DNA of 64,000 nt from Eledone cirrhosa (GCA_964016885.1 OZ024756.1:41416001-41480000); one strand, 5' to 3'; positions 1-12,823 are shown, counted from the stretch's first letter. Made by a program: numbers and translations. The notes: generated by a model not told the origin, from the sequence alone.

Positions 1-42
1 CCACACTAGCCTGGTTTGACTTTTCTTTATATTTTTTGTCAG

Positions 43-1911
43 GAGGAGGAAGATGATGACGAAGATGAAGAGGATGATGATTTACCTGTGACTAGTGTCG
101 ATGATGTAGAACTGATAATGGATGACATGAAAGAAAGTAATATCTCTAAGTTGCCTGAATCAGCCTCCCAGAAATCTTACCAAAACGGTGACACAACGAA
201 TGAGAGGAACCGGCTGAAATCTTCCGATAGTTTTCACTCCAAAATATCTGAGGTTCTTTTAATGACACAAAAACCGAAATCATGGGAATTAAATACACCA
301 GGTGTTACTCCTTCGTTAAAGACGCCAGGTGTTATTACGTCGTCAAGGACGCCAGATGTTACTCCTTCGTCAAGGACGCCAGATGTTACTCCTTCGTCGA
401 GGACGCCAGATGTTACTCCTTCGTCAAGGACGCCAGATGTTACTCCTTCGTCAAGTACACCGGCTGTTACTTCTCTGTCAAGGACACCAGCTGTTACTTC
501 TCCGTCAAGCACAGCAAGTGTTAATTTCCCACATGAAACGCGTGTTATTGATTCCAAGAAAAGTATCGATAATGGTAAAAGCTCAAAAAGAGACTCGAAA
601 AAGCCAACCTCTTTAGAAACCAATATAGATTATCCAGTTAAGCGATCAGGTCCAACATCTCCTGACGTATCAGCTCTAGCTATGAAATTCAACTTAATGT
701 CTTCTAATACAAATGGTACGAAACCTTTGGAAACGGTTTTAGGAAGACCTGTTTTAAATCCTGGGTCAAATTCCAACCGGAGCTCTAAGACGTCAGTGAA
801 GGAGAATAGAAACCCTTCAGAGGATGTTTCTCCTCATACAAAGAATACCAACAACTACAATACTGCTGTCAGTCAAACTACAGAGAGTTCTTCAAATAAG
901 AACCGGTTGGCTCCAGTGAATACACCTTCCAGTGATTCACTGCAACAACAATCAAATAACAAATTGGTTAACGGTTCCGACTCAAATGAGAAATCTCGGG
1001 CTCTTAGTCCATCAACCAAAACTGTAGCCCCTGTCAAACCACCTACAACTTCAGTCACAGCTAATGTTTCTTCAAAAACACCAGCTCCATCGAACATGCC
1101 TCAGTACATGAAACCCATTCCAGCAAGGCGCTCGGTGGCACCGAAAACCTCTGATTTGTCCACACCGGGTTTAAATAACTCACGTTTAAAAGACAAGCAA
1201 TCAGGTGGCAGTAACTCAAAATCTGATCCTGTTTCGACTAAAACATCAAATTACATTATGACAAGTTCCACTTCGAGACCAGTAGATGTCCGTACCCCTT
1301 CTAGAAATGTCATGGACAACACTCCAACTGACAAAGACAATGGGAATGCTGAGTTTGAAAGAGAAATGGATAATAGGGAGTCTATGAACAAACAGGAAAC
1401 AGGTTCGAAATCAGTGAACGTTGAAGGAGAAAAATTACCTGCAAACATTCCATATGACCTAGACAATACTTCCAGCCCTGCACCTACACCATCAGACAGT
1501 GAAAACACAACTGCTGGGATCAGAGGAATACCACAATTAGATCAACCCCGGTATCCAACGAATAGAGCGGGTGGGTGTACGTTAAGTGATTTGAAACGCC
1601 AGAGGCAGGCCAATTACAATCGGAGGGGCAGTACTGGAAGTGGAGCTAGCAGTGAGAAGCTCACACCAGCCGGAGAAAACATCAAGAATTTACCTGGTAA
1701 TTCTAACTCTGTCCAAAATTCCCCAGGGTTGTCTAGCAAAATAACAACCCATACTCCGACCAGTGCAACAACTCCAGCCACAATAGGAAACTATAGTCCT
1801 TGGACATCTTCCATGTCAAATGGAAATGATACTGTACCGAAATACTCAGCACCATCAACTGTACAGGTTGTTGGCGGGCAAGAGAAAAAATGCTGTTGTG
1901 TAATTATATAA
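43..1911 (+). CDS. Terminal coding exon of a gene whose 5' exons lie upstream of the window; low-complexity Ser/Thr/Pro/Asn-rich protein with C-terminal KKCCCVII (CaaX plus adjacent Cys)
   Basis: Polypyrimidine tract plus CAG acceptor (ttttctttatattttttgtcag, AG at 41-42) in phase 0 with a 1.87-kb open frame ending TAA at 1909-1911. The TTG start at 16 in the ORF track is intronic. The C-terminus CVII fits CaaX. Confidence 0.85.
   Translation, partial: EEEDDDEDEEDDDLPVTSVDDVELIMDDMKESNISKLPESASQKSYQNGDTTNERNRLKSSDSFHSKISEVLLMTQKPKSWELNTPGVTPSLKTPGVITSSRTPDVTPSSRTPDVTPSSRTPDVTPSSRTPDVTPSSSTPAVTSLSRTPAVTSPSSTASVNFPHETRVIDSKKSIDNGKSSKRDSKKPTSLETNIDYPVKRSGPTSPDVSALAMKFNLMSSNTNGTKPLETVLGRPVLNPGSNSNRSSKTSVKENRNPSEDVSPHTKNTNNYNTAVSQTTESSSNKNRLAPVNTPSSDSLQQQSNNKLVNGSDSNEKSRALSPSTKTVAPVKPPTTSVTANVSSKTPAPSNMPQYMKPIPARRSVAPKTSDLSTPGLNNSRLKDKQSGGSNSKSDPVSTKTSNYIMTSSTSRPVDVRTPSRNVMDNTPTDKDNGNAEFEREMDNRESMNKQETGSKSVNVEGEKLPANIPYDLDNTSSPAPTPSDSENTTAGIRGIPQLDQPRYPTNRAGGCTLSDLKRQRQANYNRRGSTGSGASSEKLTPAGENIKNLPGNSNSVQNSPGLSSKITTHTPTSATTPATIGNYSPWTSSMSNGNDTVPKYSAPSTVQVVGGQEKKCCCVII
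295..505 (+). repeat. 27-bp coding tandem repeat (TPDVTPSSR-like nonapeptide, about 8 copies)
   Basis: Repeated acgccagatgttactccttcgtcaagg units in frame with the exon. Confidence 0.9.
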
Positions 1912-2075
1912 CATGAAAAAGAAATGTAAAAAAAAAAAATGGATTTTATTTTTTTTTTTTACTGAAAACGAAGGAAAAAAATAAAACATGTATATCTAAT
2001 TTTAAATTCCCACCTCACATTTACTTACACTAAAATTCATACATATACACATACATACACTTGCAGACTCACAGG

Positions 2076-2111
<36 letters not shown>

Positions 2112-3256
2112 AATGTATATATACACTCACACACACATACAAACACTAATTACTGTACAAAGCATAAATAATAATCCCCTTCTGTTTCATTTGTAATTTT
2201 ATTTTCTTATACCTTATCTTAGGCATCTGATTATCTCCCCTTTTTAACCTCTTTAATCTTACAATAACAGCCATTTGCTTTTTCTTTTCTTTTCCTTTAT
2301 TCTCTCTCTCCCCGTCTCTTTCGTTAACAGAAAGCTCTTTTCGTATCCTTTGCACTTTTGAATACTAACAATGGGTGGTTATGGGTGGACAGGGTCAGAA
2401 ACTCCACATTATCAGAGACTTTATTATTATTACATTAGGAAACTAAGGTGCTGGATTGGCAGAATCGGTAGAGCGTCAGACAACATGCTTTGCAGCATTT
2501 AGTTACAATCCTTTACCTTTCAACTTCAAATTCTGCTGAGGAACCTTATATGAGATATACCTCATAGGTCAGGACATGCCCAGGGGTCTCCTATCAAGGA
2601 ACCTTATATGAGATATACCTCATTGGAGGTCAGCTAAACCTATATAAGTGTGAGCTGTAACAACAACAAAATAGAATAGACTAGTAATTTAATAAAGAAT
2701 TAATTTTAAGATGTCCTCCCACTAATGAAACCATTTTCTCCCTATTTTAAAAAAACTAATTAATGTTATATTTCTATCTTAATCAGTTTGCCTAGTTTTT
2801 AAGGTATGATATAATTATTCCTGACATGTGAATAACAAACTTCCCCCCTTTCTCACACAACCAATTAAAATCCTCTATCATTTTAAATTAAGAACATTTT
2901 TATTTTTGTATTTCTTTAATTAAAATAAACAATGAAAATTGTTTTTTTCTTCTTTTATTTTTGTGCTTTTTTAAAAAAAAATTACATTCCTTTTTCTTTT
3001 TAATTCTTTAATCGTTTGAAGTTTTTAATTATAAATTTTAAATGTAAATACTTGGAAATTGATGGTGATGGGATTGGTAAGTTTTGATTCTTTTCGCAAA
3101 GGAATTAGTAATGTAATCGAAATAGTCTTCAGCAAGGAATCAAATCTTTGGTAACAAACTAGGGTGGATTGGAGAGAGAGAGAGACTGGACTGAGAGGGG
3201 GATAGCAGCAAAAGGGAGGGAGAGCAAGACACATAGGTCTATATATATATGTATAA

Positions 3257-3408
3257 TGTGGTTGGTGTTAAGGGCATCCAGCCAATAGAAACCAAGCCAG
3301 AAAGTTCTGTATGAGCAAGACATGGCCAACTGATCTGGTTTCTGGTTTGTCTTACAACAGGGTAACATGTCTAACCCATGCTAACATGGAAAAATGGATG
3401 TAAAGACA
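3257..3408 (+). mobile_element. RTE-clade LINE 3' UTR fragment
   Basis: ggttggtgttaagggcatccagcc...tctaacccatgctaacatggaa matches the 3' UTR of the RTE fragment at 45449-46090. Confidence 0.7.
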
Positions 3409-3875
3409 GAGAGAGATTGCACTAGATTTGAATGTTTGTTTGTGTTTTTTTTTCCAGCAGCCCTGCTGTACTGCTTTTGAGAGAGATGTGTTGAAAATAT
3501 TTGGTCACAGAACTATCTACATGTGGCCCAATAGCTACTACATCAAACAACCATTGATATGTGGCCAGTACTACATCACACAATTACCCACATGTAGCCC
3601 AATATGTAGCAGTACAACATCACACAATCACCCACATGTGGCCCAACATGTAGCAGTACTACATCAAACAACCATCAACATGTGGCCCAACATGTAGCAG
3701 AAATTAAAAAGTGATGTTTAATGACAAACATTTTACAGAATCAATAACTTGAATGGAAAAATGTGAAAAGTTTTTATTACTTGCAAGTTTCCTAAAACTC
3801 TTCTTTTACTATTAGTTCTCTTGTAAAACCTCTCTTTTACCAGTGTTTTTCCTGTAAAACCCCCTCTTTTACCAG

Positions 3876-3916
<41 letters not shown>

Positions 3917-3967
3917 TAAAATACCGTTCCGTTATCAGTACTTCTCTTTCCCCAGCCCCACCCTCCA

Positions 3968-4883
3968 TTACCAATAATCAGCTTCTCGGCCAACTACCCA
4001 AGGTTCTGGTTCCTTTTTATCTTTCAGGATGTAGTAACCAGTTTCTTTCAACTTGGGGCACAATACCATTAGTTTCTCTATCACCCATGTCTCAAGGACA
4101 CAGTAGACATAAAGCCTGCATAGTTTCTTGCAATGGGTAGCCAAGTGTATGAGCGCATCGGACAAGGAAGTTGAAGATATGGCGCGGACGACCAACGTTT
4201 GCAGTGTATCAGAGTAGTATTTGGTGCTTTGAATCACTTCATCATAAAGCATAGTAAATGTATCTAGATGTAGGTGAACGACAGGTATTTCAGGCTGCAT
4301 AATTTCCATCACACGGTCTTGTGGACAGGTGTGATCAAACAACAGTTTTACCTCAAGCTGCGGGTGAGTTTTTCTGAATGCTACCCAAGCCTCCGGTGAA
4401 ATATCACAATGATATTTGTCTTCGACTGTACATTTTAGTGATAATCGTTTCATGGTAGATGGCCGACCACTTTCGGCAAGTGCAAACAACACTTTGTCTG
4501 AAAGACTTGAGTAATACAGGTGCAACTCCTCCAAGTGGAGGCAGTGTTGTACTAATCTTAACATGCAATTACAGGTTACTTGGCAGATAAGTACGTGGTT
4601 TTGTATGTTTAGTTGCTGTAGTTTGGGGTTGTTCTCTGCGAGATGATCGAAAACTGAGTCATCATAAGCGACATCGAGGTGCTCCAAGTTGATTTGTGTG
4701 AACTGAACCGGAGAACTATCAGCTTCATTGAATACAGTTGTATCAAACAAGAATCTTAATACTTTTACAAATTCTGTACCAGCGTAAAACAGGGGGTTGT
4801 TTGCAATAAATTTAATTGAGAGATTCGTAAGGCGACGGCTTGGTAATAAAGCAAGATGTTCCAAAACTGTTATGGAATTCCGT
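3968..4883 (-). CDS. FBXL8: F-box/LRR-repeat protein 8-like, last coding exon (LRR region)
   Basis: Acceptor ttttaatctcttacAG (4884-4885) joins in frame (phase 2) to the upstream exon. Motifs NPLFYAG, EAWVAFRKTHPQLEV, MQPEIPV and YILKDKKEPEPW resemble vertebrate FBXL8 as I recall it (KPLFDAG, EAWVALRRRHPGLAV, LQPAVPV, YTLKLTREPHPW). Confidence 0.85.
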
Positions 4884-5356
4884 CTGTAAGAGATTAAAAA
4901 AATTATTTGAAATTTACAGATAAAATTATCAAAATATTTGAAAATGTGGGAACCCCAAATGGAGAAAATAACTGAAATAATGGTTGATGACTATAAATAA
5001 TAGTTGAGAAAATAGGGTTAATCATCATTATAGACCTTGCCCCCACCAAGGGTCTGTCAATGCCGTCTGTAATTTCCTCTAAGCACTCCTGTCCTCTGCC
5101 ATTCTGATCACCTCCCAGGGACTCCTGTCGGTTCATGCACAGCTGTCGTTCATCCAGCCCCACCTTGGTGACCATTTCCCCTGCCTGCTACCTCGTACAC
5201 ATCCATGTATTACAGTGCTTACTTGTCTCAAATCCTTGGGGTCCCGTTTCTGGTGGTGTTAGCAATAATGGTGATGATAGTGATGGTGATACCGATAGTG
5301 ATGATGATGATAGTGATGACAATGATGATGGTGATGATGAATCTACTTTCTCTCAC

Positions 5357-5607
5357 CTGTTAACTTCTTGACTTTGGTCAAGAACCAACGTAAGATTCTT
5401 GAAAAAATGTCCATATTTATTGAGTGAACGAAGAAGATTTTGATTTTTTTCAGAGAAAAAATTAAAAGTTACAGTTTGCCACAGGTAACAGGAATCAAAA
5501 CAAAGGTTCCAGGTTTTACACGTCAACGAGGCATTAAAGCGGTCATGTATAGAAAGTTTTGACATTATCTGGACTATAATGTGCTCAGGTAGCGTACTCC
5601 AATCCAT
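5357..5607 (-). CDS. FBXL8: F-box/LRR-repeat protein 8-like, first coding exon (F-box domain)
   Basis: ATG at 5607-5605 gives MDWSTLPEHIIVQIMSKLSIHDRFNASLTCKTWN, an F-box signature. Acceptor tttctgtatttgcAG lies 8 nt upstream of the ATG; donor AG|GTGAG at 5356. Spliced CDS 251+916 nt = 388 aa + stop. Confidence 0.88.
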
Positions 5608-5866
5608 CGTGGAGCCTGCAAATACAGAAAATAAAAGGTAAAAAAATACAGTTGTTTTATATATACTAGCAGACAACCACCCTTTAGGTGGTTTTCTGCT
5701 AGAATGTGTGGTGTGTATATTGATATTATACGCAAGTATATATACATGTAGATATGATACATCAAATAAAATCGTAATAGACAATATACACAGAAATTGA
5801 ACGAAGACTGCGTTACACTGTCTTATGTAATCAGTAAAGTAATCCATTGACGGAAATATATGAATA

Positions 5867-5900
5867 TTTACTTCAGCGATCGCTAACAGGAAGTGTTGAT
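5867..5900 (-). promoter_or_regulatory. Candidate proximal non-coding first exon / TSS region of FBXL8
   Basis: Minus strand reads CACTTCCTGTT (ETS-type site)...GCTGAA|GTAAAT, a donor-like site ~250 nt upstream of the FBXL8 acceptor. Confidence 0.4.
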
Positions 5901-6186
5901 ATTTGAAAATGTTAAAGAAGTGAATCTTAAAATAAGCAACAAAAATATTTATATTTAATCAAGAATAACGAAATTTAGTCGATAAATTATGTAATATTCA
6001 TTATTTATTCAAAGGAATCCAACTTATTTTACTAAGGGGATGAACAAATATATTCTGGATGCTGTCCTGCACTCCTTACTTTATTATAGTTTAGATATCA
6101 TTTGGTGAGGAGGAAGGGTTCATGCCCATAACTCTTTTAAGGGGCTCGGTCTGAATGCCTGTAACTGAGTGGTCTCTACTAAAAGC

Positions 6187-6445
6187 ACCCAAGAACCAGG
6201 TGGTGGTGGTGTTAAACCAGGTGACATATCAAGTCTACCACCCAAGGGCCAGGTGGTGGTGTTAAACCAGGTGACATATCAAGTCTACCACCCAAGAACC
6301 AGGTGGTGGTGGTGTTAAACCAGGTGACATATCAAGTCTACCACCCAAGGGCCAGGTGGTGGTGTTAAACCAGGTGACATATCAAGTCTACCACCCAAGG
6401 GCCAGGTGGTATTAAACTGGGTGACATGTTAAGTCTACACCCAAT
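6187..6445. repeat. ~50-53 bp minisatellite (about 5 copies)
   Basis: Repeated cccaagggccaggtggtggtgttaaaccaggtgacatatcaagtctacca. Confidence 0.9.
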
Positions 6446-6499
6446 TAGGCCACAGCAGGGTTTCAACTTAGATTGCAAAAGGACTACCACATTACTGAA

Positions 6500-6720
6500 T
6501 GTGTTGGAGCAGAATCAGTAGAGTGTCAGATAAAATGTTTTGTCATATTTAGTTATGTCCCCTTACGTTCTGAATTCAGATCCTGTTGAGGTCAACTTTG
6601 CCATTCATCCTTTCATCCAGGTGTGATAATATAAACTACCAGTCATCTACTGGGGTCCATTTAATTGAATTTCCCCCTCCCTGCAAATTGCTGATCTTGT
6701 GCCTAAATTAGAAACCACTA
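6500..6720 (+). mobile_element. tRNA-derived SINE family 1 (central ctttgcctttcatcct..ggggtcgataaa..agtaccag domain)
   Basis: A-box-like head gcagaatcagtagagtgtcaga, B-box-like tgaattcagatcc, central domain and tail ttgtgcctaaattagaaac, shared with >15 copies in the window. Confidence 0.75.
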
Positions 6721-6733
6721 TTTTCGAAGGTTT

Positions 6734-6892
6734 GTTCTGTCACAGTATACCTGGGACTACATTACACAATGTACCCTGTTATATATATCACCACAGTTCT
6801 GTCACAGTACACCTGGGACTACATTACACAATGTACCCTGTTATATATATCACCACAGTTCTGTCACAGTATACCTAGGACTACATTACACA
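6734..6892. repeat. 62-bp tandem repeat (~2.6 copies)
   Basis: Repeated gttctgtcacagtatacctgggactacattacacaatgtaccctgttatatatatcaccaca. Confidence 0.9.
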
Positions 6893-7112
6893 GGTATTTG
6901 GTAGACATGTCTATAGAATGCACAGACACTTGCCTGTTAATTCTATGAGCAGGCTAACCTGTTGATTGAACCACTGTAACCTGTCATTAGACCCTACAGA
7001 CATCCAATACTTTCTACCTCTACCTGCATACACAGACACATGCTCTGTACCTACATACACAGACACACACAAATATAAGCAGAGAAGCAGAACTAATTTT
7101 GAAATGTATGTT

Positions 7113-7338
7113 AGCCCAATCTAGTCAGAAACTACCCAGCCCACACTTGCATCAAAGCCATTGTTCTACTCACCCAATCTAGTCAGAAACTACCCAGCCC
7201 ACACTTGCATCACAGTCATTGTTCTGCTCACCCAATGTTTTCAGAAACTACCCAGCCCACACTTGCATCACAGTCATTGTTCTGCTCACCCGATGTTTTC
7301 AGAAACTACCCAGCCCACACTTGCATCAAAGCCATTGT
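7113..7338. repeat. ~59-62 bp tandem repeat (about 4 copies)
   Basis: Repeated tcagaaactacccagcccacacttgcatca. Confidence 0.9.
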
Positions 7339-8839
7339 TACACTAACAACTAGACTTAGTTTGTTTTTCTGTATCTTCTGACAGTAGAGAGGTTATTTTG
7401 TCTTTGTGAGACCAAGTTCAGCCTGAAGATATAAATATATATATATACATATATATAGACAGAACAGGTTAGGGTGGGAACATTCTTATGTAACAAAGCA
7501 TTTAAAGATTATAATATGTGTGAATGCGTGGGGGTCTATGTATGTGTGTAAGTTGTTTAACCCTAGAGCCACTCCATTTATTTTATTGTTCAATGTATGT
7601 AGGTATGTATATGTGTGAGTGGAAGTGTGTGTAAGTTGTTCAGCCTTAGGTAAGCAGTGATCAAAATGGCTTATGTTGAAAAAGAGTTCAATCTGCAACC
7701 ATCTGGTCTATTTTGTTTGGTACATAAGTCAGTGTGACTCAGGACAAAACTATCCATTGTGTTTTTCTCTTATTTTGTAATCTAATGGTGACATGGCTGC
7801 TATTTCTAGCAGGTCAAACACTTCTATAGGGACTCCTTTTCATGTAGCAAAGCATTTAGAGATTATATAATATTGAAGAAAGCCATGTTTGTCTTTATAA
7901 TACATATCATAGAGAGTGTGTATGTGTGTGTGTTTTGTTAAGCAGTATGAATGACATCATCTCGATGTCTTAAGATAGGGAGGGAGATTTGACTGCTATT
8001 TCTAGCAGGTCAAAGGATCTTGTAGGGTAACGATGGGCAACTGTGGCCTGCAGGTTGCATGCGGACCACTAGGCCTTCTGAAAGGTATGCCTAGCTTCAA
8101 AATTGTCTCGAATTTGTCACCTAATGATAGGCTATATCTCATGCAGCTCACCTTATGATGGGCCATATCCCATGTGACCTGCCTTATGATGGGCCATATC
8201 TTATGGGACCCTTGTAAAGACCTTGCCAGTCCAACAAACCCCATTTATCACGTGTGCTGGGACCTTCAGCAGAAATATAAAGGGAATATCTACATTGATT
8301 TCACCAGCTGTAACCCCTTGGAAATACCTTGCCTCCCCAACAAACCACATTTATTCTACATTTGTTCTTGGACCTACAGAAGTGTAAAGAGATTATTAAT
8401 CACACTGACCTCACCAGTCTTACAAGAATATTGGGCACTGTCCCTCCTTCCATGACAAATTAAATACAAAACAAAAGTATATTGGTGTCAATTAAAGCAA
8501 CTAATTAAAACCCTTCAACATTTGTGGCATTCTGCCAAACTATAATACCACCATCTTTAAATAAACTTTGTCGAATCATCACAGATTCTATATTTGGATT
8601 GACTCAAGCTATAAAAACATCTAATAGATTTAAACCGGCCATATTCAGTCAGAATTCTCCCATCTCTACGCTATAGCAATGTGTGTTGCATCCCTTTAGG
8701 GTTTACCGGCTACATAGCCTATTCGTAGTAACTACCTGTAAACTGAAAATTTTATTGATTGACCTGACTAACAGAAACTGGCCAATCACAGCTGGTTTTT
8801 ATCTGTAAATAGGTCGTGTAGGTCCCACGACAAAAAAAA

Positions 8840-9068
8840 AACACACAGTCCACACTGTAAAGTGGCCGTGTGGGTAACACGGTAAAAAGCTCCCAGTCCA
8901 CACTGTAAATGTGGTTGGTGTTAGGAAGGGCATCCAGCCGTATAAAACCTGCCAGATAGTCCTATACGAGCGAGACACGGTCACCCGACCAATCTTGCCT
9001 CAAGTGGGACAACTCCCGTCTAATCTATGCTAGCGTGGAAGATAGACGTTAAACGATGATGATGATGA
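8840..9068 (+). mobile_element. RTE-clade LINE 3' UTR with (GAT)n tail
   Basis: cacactgtaaa..gttggtgttaggaagggcatccagc..tgctagcgtggaa..gacgttaaacgatgatgatgatga, collinear with 45850-46090. Confidence 0.8.
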
Positions 9069-9729
9069 GAAGACAAACTAGCAGTCTCTTAATTAAATGC
9101 TGTTAATCAGGAGTTGTCAAGAAAGAATGCTTTGATGAGGCAATATAAACAGAACTTATCACGGAACCTCATTTGATGGTTTACTGTTCATTATCTGCTG
9201 CAAATGTCAGTCTAGTTTGCTGTGTTGTTATTTTAAGATATGTTAGACTGGTTGATATTATTTTAATATAAATATAGGGGGGAGGTCTATAATAACACCT
9301 TTTATTTAATCGAACACGGAAGGATGAAGAGTGAAGCTGACTTCGACAAGGCCAGCAATATTGGGGGGGGGGGGGGGGTTAATCAACTCAGTGCGTTACT
9401 GGTACTTTATTTCATCGACCCCGTAATTATGAAAGGCAAAGCTAGCTTTAACGGGATTTGAACTCAAAAGTCCTAATAACGGTTTCTGATTTAGGTACAA
9501 GGCCAGCAATTTTGGACGAGATGGGGGAAAGTCTATTTAATCGACCCCAGCAAGTTACTGCTACTTTATTCTATCGACCCCCCCCCCCCCCATATTAATG
9601 AAAATAGAACCAAATAATAACACGGAATACGAAACTAAACTTGATATATATTCATCAAAACCATCGCCGTATAATCACTTTTGTTTGTAAAATACCAATA
9701 TTAAAAGAGAACCATAATCGGAATTGTCT

Positions 9730-10270
9730 TATAGTGCAACAGCTGTATATTCACACACACACAGTACAACAGCTGTATACACACACAGTACAACAGTTGT
9801 AAATTATACGTACACACACAGTACAATAGCTGTATTATATACACACACAGTACAACAGATGTATATTCACACACACACACACACCCAGTACAACAGTACT
9901 TTATACGTACACACACACGGTACAACAGCTGTATATTCACACACATACTACATTATACGTACACACACTGAGTACAACAGTTGTAAATTATACGTACACA
10001 CACACAGTACAACAGCTGTATATTCACACACAGTACAACAATTGTAAATTATACGTGCACACACACGGTACAACAGCTGTATATTCACACACACAGTACA
10101 TTATACGTACACATACAGTACAACAGCTGTAAATTAAACGTACATACACACACAGTACAACAGCTGTATATTTACATCCACACACAGAGTATTACAGCTG
10201 TACACACACATACACACACTATATTATACGTACACATACACAGTACAACAGCTGTAGACTCACACATACA
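9730..10270. repeat. Degenerate minisatellite (cacacagtacaacagctgta units)
   Basis: Direct inspection. Confidence 0.85.
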
Positions 10271-10308
10271 CACCGAAATCTGTTGTTTCCGCATGTAAGA
10301 ATATACAA

Positions 10309-10343
<35 letters not shown>

Positions 10344-10373
10344 TTATATAGACACATATGTTGAATGTCAAAA

Positions 10374-10643
10374 TACGAGGTAGTATTCTATGATATATAG
10401 TAATTTAAATTAAACTACGAGGTAGCTATATATATATATATAGTAATTTAAATTAAACTACAAGTTAGCACTATATCGTAATTTAAATTAAACTACAAGG
10501 TAGCACTATATTGTAATTTAAATTAATCTACGAGGTAGCAATATATTCTAATTTAAATTAAATTACGAGGTAGGCATATATTGTAATTTAAATTAAACTA
10601 CGAGGTAGCAGTATATTCTAATTTAATTAAACTACGAGGTAGA
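10374..10643. repeat. ~35-bp AT-rich minisatellite (about 8 copies)
   Basis: Repeated gtaatttaaattaaactacgaggtagcactatatt. Confidence 0.9.
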
Positions 10644-11218
10644 ACTCCCGTCAAGTCTAAGTTAACTAAACACTCTTGTAATGTTACCATAAAAGAGAGA
10701 GAAAGAATCAGTGAATAAAACAGCAAAATATTTCCAACACCTACACACCCTACTGTACATATTTACCTTAGTATTTAGTTATATATATTATACTGAAAAA
10801 CTATTAAATTATGACAGAATATGGAATAAGTGAAATACTAATTAATAAGGACCACATGTTTATGGTGAGTAATTTAAGGTCCGAGATTTCTCAGAAATCT
10901 TTATTTATTATTATTATTATCACCAACATTCTTTTCTTTCTAATAATTCTGCTCCGTTTTACCTCTATTTATTATCATAAAACTAGACATATCTATATAT
11001 CTTCATAATCTTATTATTCAATATATATATCATATTAACTTATTTATTAACGAGAATACTTTGTTTTGAAACTAAAGTAATACGTAATGAAGAAACGACG
11101 ATCAGAAATCTTTATATTACACACATATAATATATAAATATATATATTATTGTATATATAAATGTATTAATATAAATTAGAGACTGTATATCAAATGTAA
11201 TTTAGTGTAAATTATTAT

Positions 11219-11345
11219 TTACCTGTGAATTTACGCCGCCAATCTACCCAAGTTGTTTTCAGTTCATCGCAGAAAATAACTCCGTAGAAAAGAAATAAGT
11301 TAAAAATAGAGAAAAACTTACTGACAAGTAAGGGAAGTAACTCTG
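11219..11345 (-). promoter_or_regulatory. Candidate distal 5' UTR exon / promoter (possibly FBXL8)
   Basis: Donor CAG|GTAAAT at 11223/11222 on minus; short CpG-containing unique island in very AT-rich DNA; two related motifs AAAATAACTCC and GGGAAGTAACTCT. Confidence 0.35.
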
Positions 11346-11952
11346 ACAAAGGTTGATAACTTTGTACTTTTCAGATTTATATTTCATATTGTAATTAATT
11401 AGTTACAACACGCTTCTTAATTAAGACGGTATTAAGCACATATAGAGTGTTGGACTCTATATATAGTTGATAATAATTGTTTCTACTTTATGTACAAGGC
11501 CAGCAATTTGCAGGGGAGGGGAAAGTCAATTAAATCAACCTCGTAAGGATAAAAGGTAAAGCTATTGACAGTATTAAGCAAATATAAAGTGTTGGACTCA
11601 ATAATTTTGATAATAACCGGCTGATAACATTATACCAAAGTTTACCAAGTTACACCGTCATGTAATTTATTATTTTCTTATTTTCTGATAAATTAATTCT
11701 ATTTTATACCATTTTAAAATTAAGTTAATTCTGAATTTAATTTAAAAAAATTAATATTAAAAATCCATATTATTATTATTATTCATAACAGTTGTCCTGG
11801 CAGACGTTATACCGATACTATACCAAAAGAGTGAGTCAAAGCCAAAGGTCATTCCTTCTCCTACAACTTTCCAACATCCTTCTTAGAATTCTTGCTGTTC
11901 CCAGCAAGACTGTTTTCTGTGCTGATGGTAAGATTATTATTACTTATTATTA

Positions 11953-12140
11953 TCAGGATTGGCAGAATCGGTAGAGGGTTGAACGCCATGCTTTGACACA
12001 TAGAGTTACGGCCCTTGCCATTCTGAGTTCAAATCCCGCCAATGTTAACTTTGCTTTCATCCTTACAGGGTCGATAGAATAAAGTACCAGTAATGCACTG
12101 GGTAATTGCTAGACTTGTGTCAAAAGTAGAAACAATTATT
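11953..12140 (+). mobile_element. SINE family 1, near full length
   Basis: ggattggcagaatcggtagag..tgagttcaaatcccgcc..ctttcatccttacagggtcgatagaataaagtaccag..aaagtagaaacaattattatt. Confidence 0.85.
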
Positions 12141-12334
12141 ATTATTACTAAATGTTATCTTCATCATTAGAGAGTGATGATGTTAACTATCGGTATTTCT
12201 CTTCTTACCATCAGGCTTCATCTCGGGACTTAAGATGATTAGATTTGCTTTTTACTCTTCTTCTAGGTAGTATCCATCACTTTTATAATTATTCTGGCAG
12301 AGCCAAATAGGCAGGCTTTTGTACAGCCTCTATA

Positions 12335-12421
<87 letters not shown>

Positions 12422-12823
12422 CACAATACAGTGAACCGTAACAAATACTGAGTTGTTTAAAATCCGACGTGCTAATGACTGTCAGTTTACCACATCACAT
12501 TAGTCATGTATAGATCTTTAAAACAAATGAGATGGTCACGGTTAGAATACCTTTGATCATAGGTCTGCTCTATCAGGATTGATCTGAAGCTAAACAACAA
12601 TAACTTGTGCCGACAGAGCTAGATTTGAGTAAGATATGGCCCTACTCTCAATCGCTTCACAACATGAAACCGGGATAAACACCGCCTCAACGAGGGCATG
12701 CTTGCTATTTCTAGTAGGTCGAGTGATGACCTCGTTTTCTGGCAGCTGGAGTTATATTTTGGCATTGACAGTAAGAGTTGTCTCTCTTTGACCAGTGACG
12801 ATAAAAATTTCTCGTTTTGACTT

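Noticed and set aside
16-42. TTG start of the 631-aa ORF
   Set aside because: Lies in a polypyrimidine tract ending in a CAG acceptor; intronic.
3879-3915. Poly(A) tail suggesting FBXL8 is a retrocopy
   Set aside because: The gene retains introns with canonical sites; this is a genomic homopolymer in the 3' UTR.
5608-5847. N-terminal extension of the 164-aa F-box ORF
   Set aside because: Mostly upstream of a clear acceptor at 5616-5617; the F-box begins right at ATG 5607.
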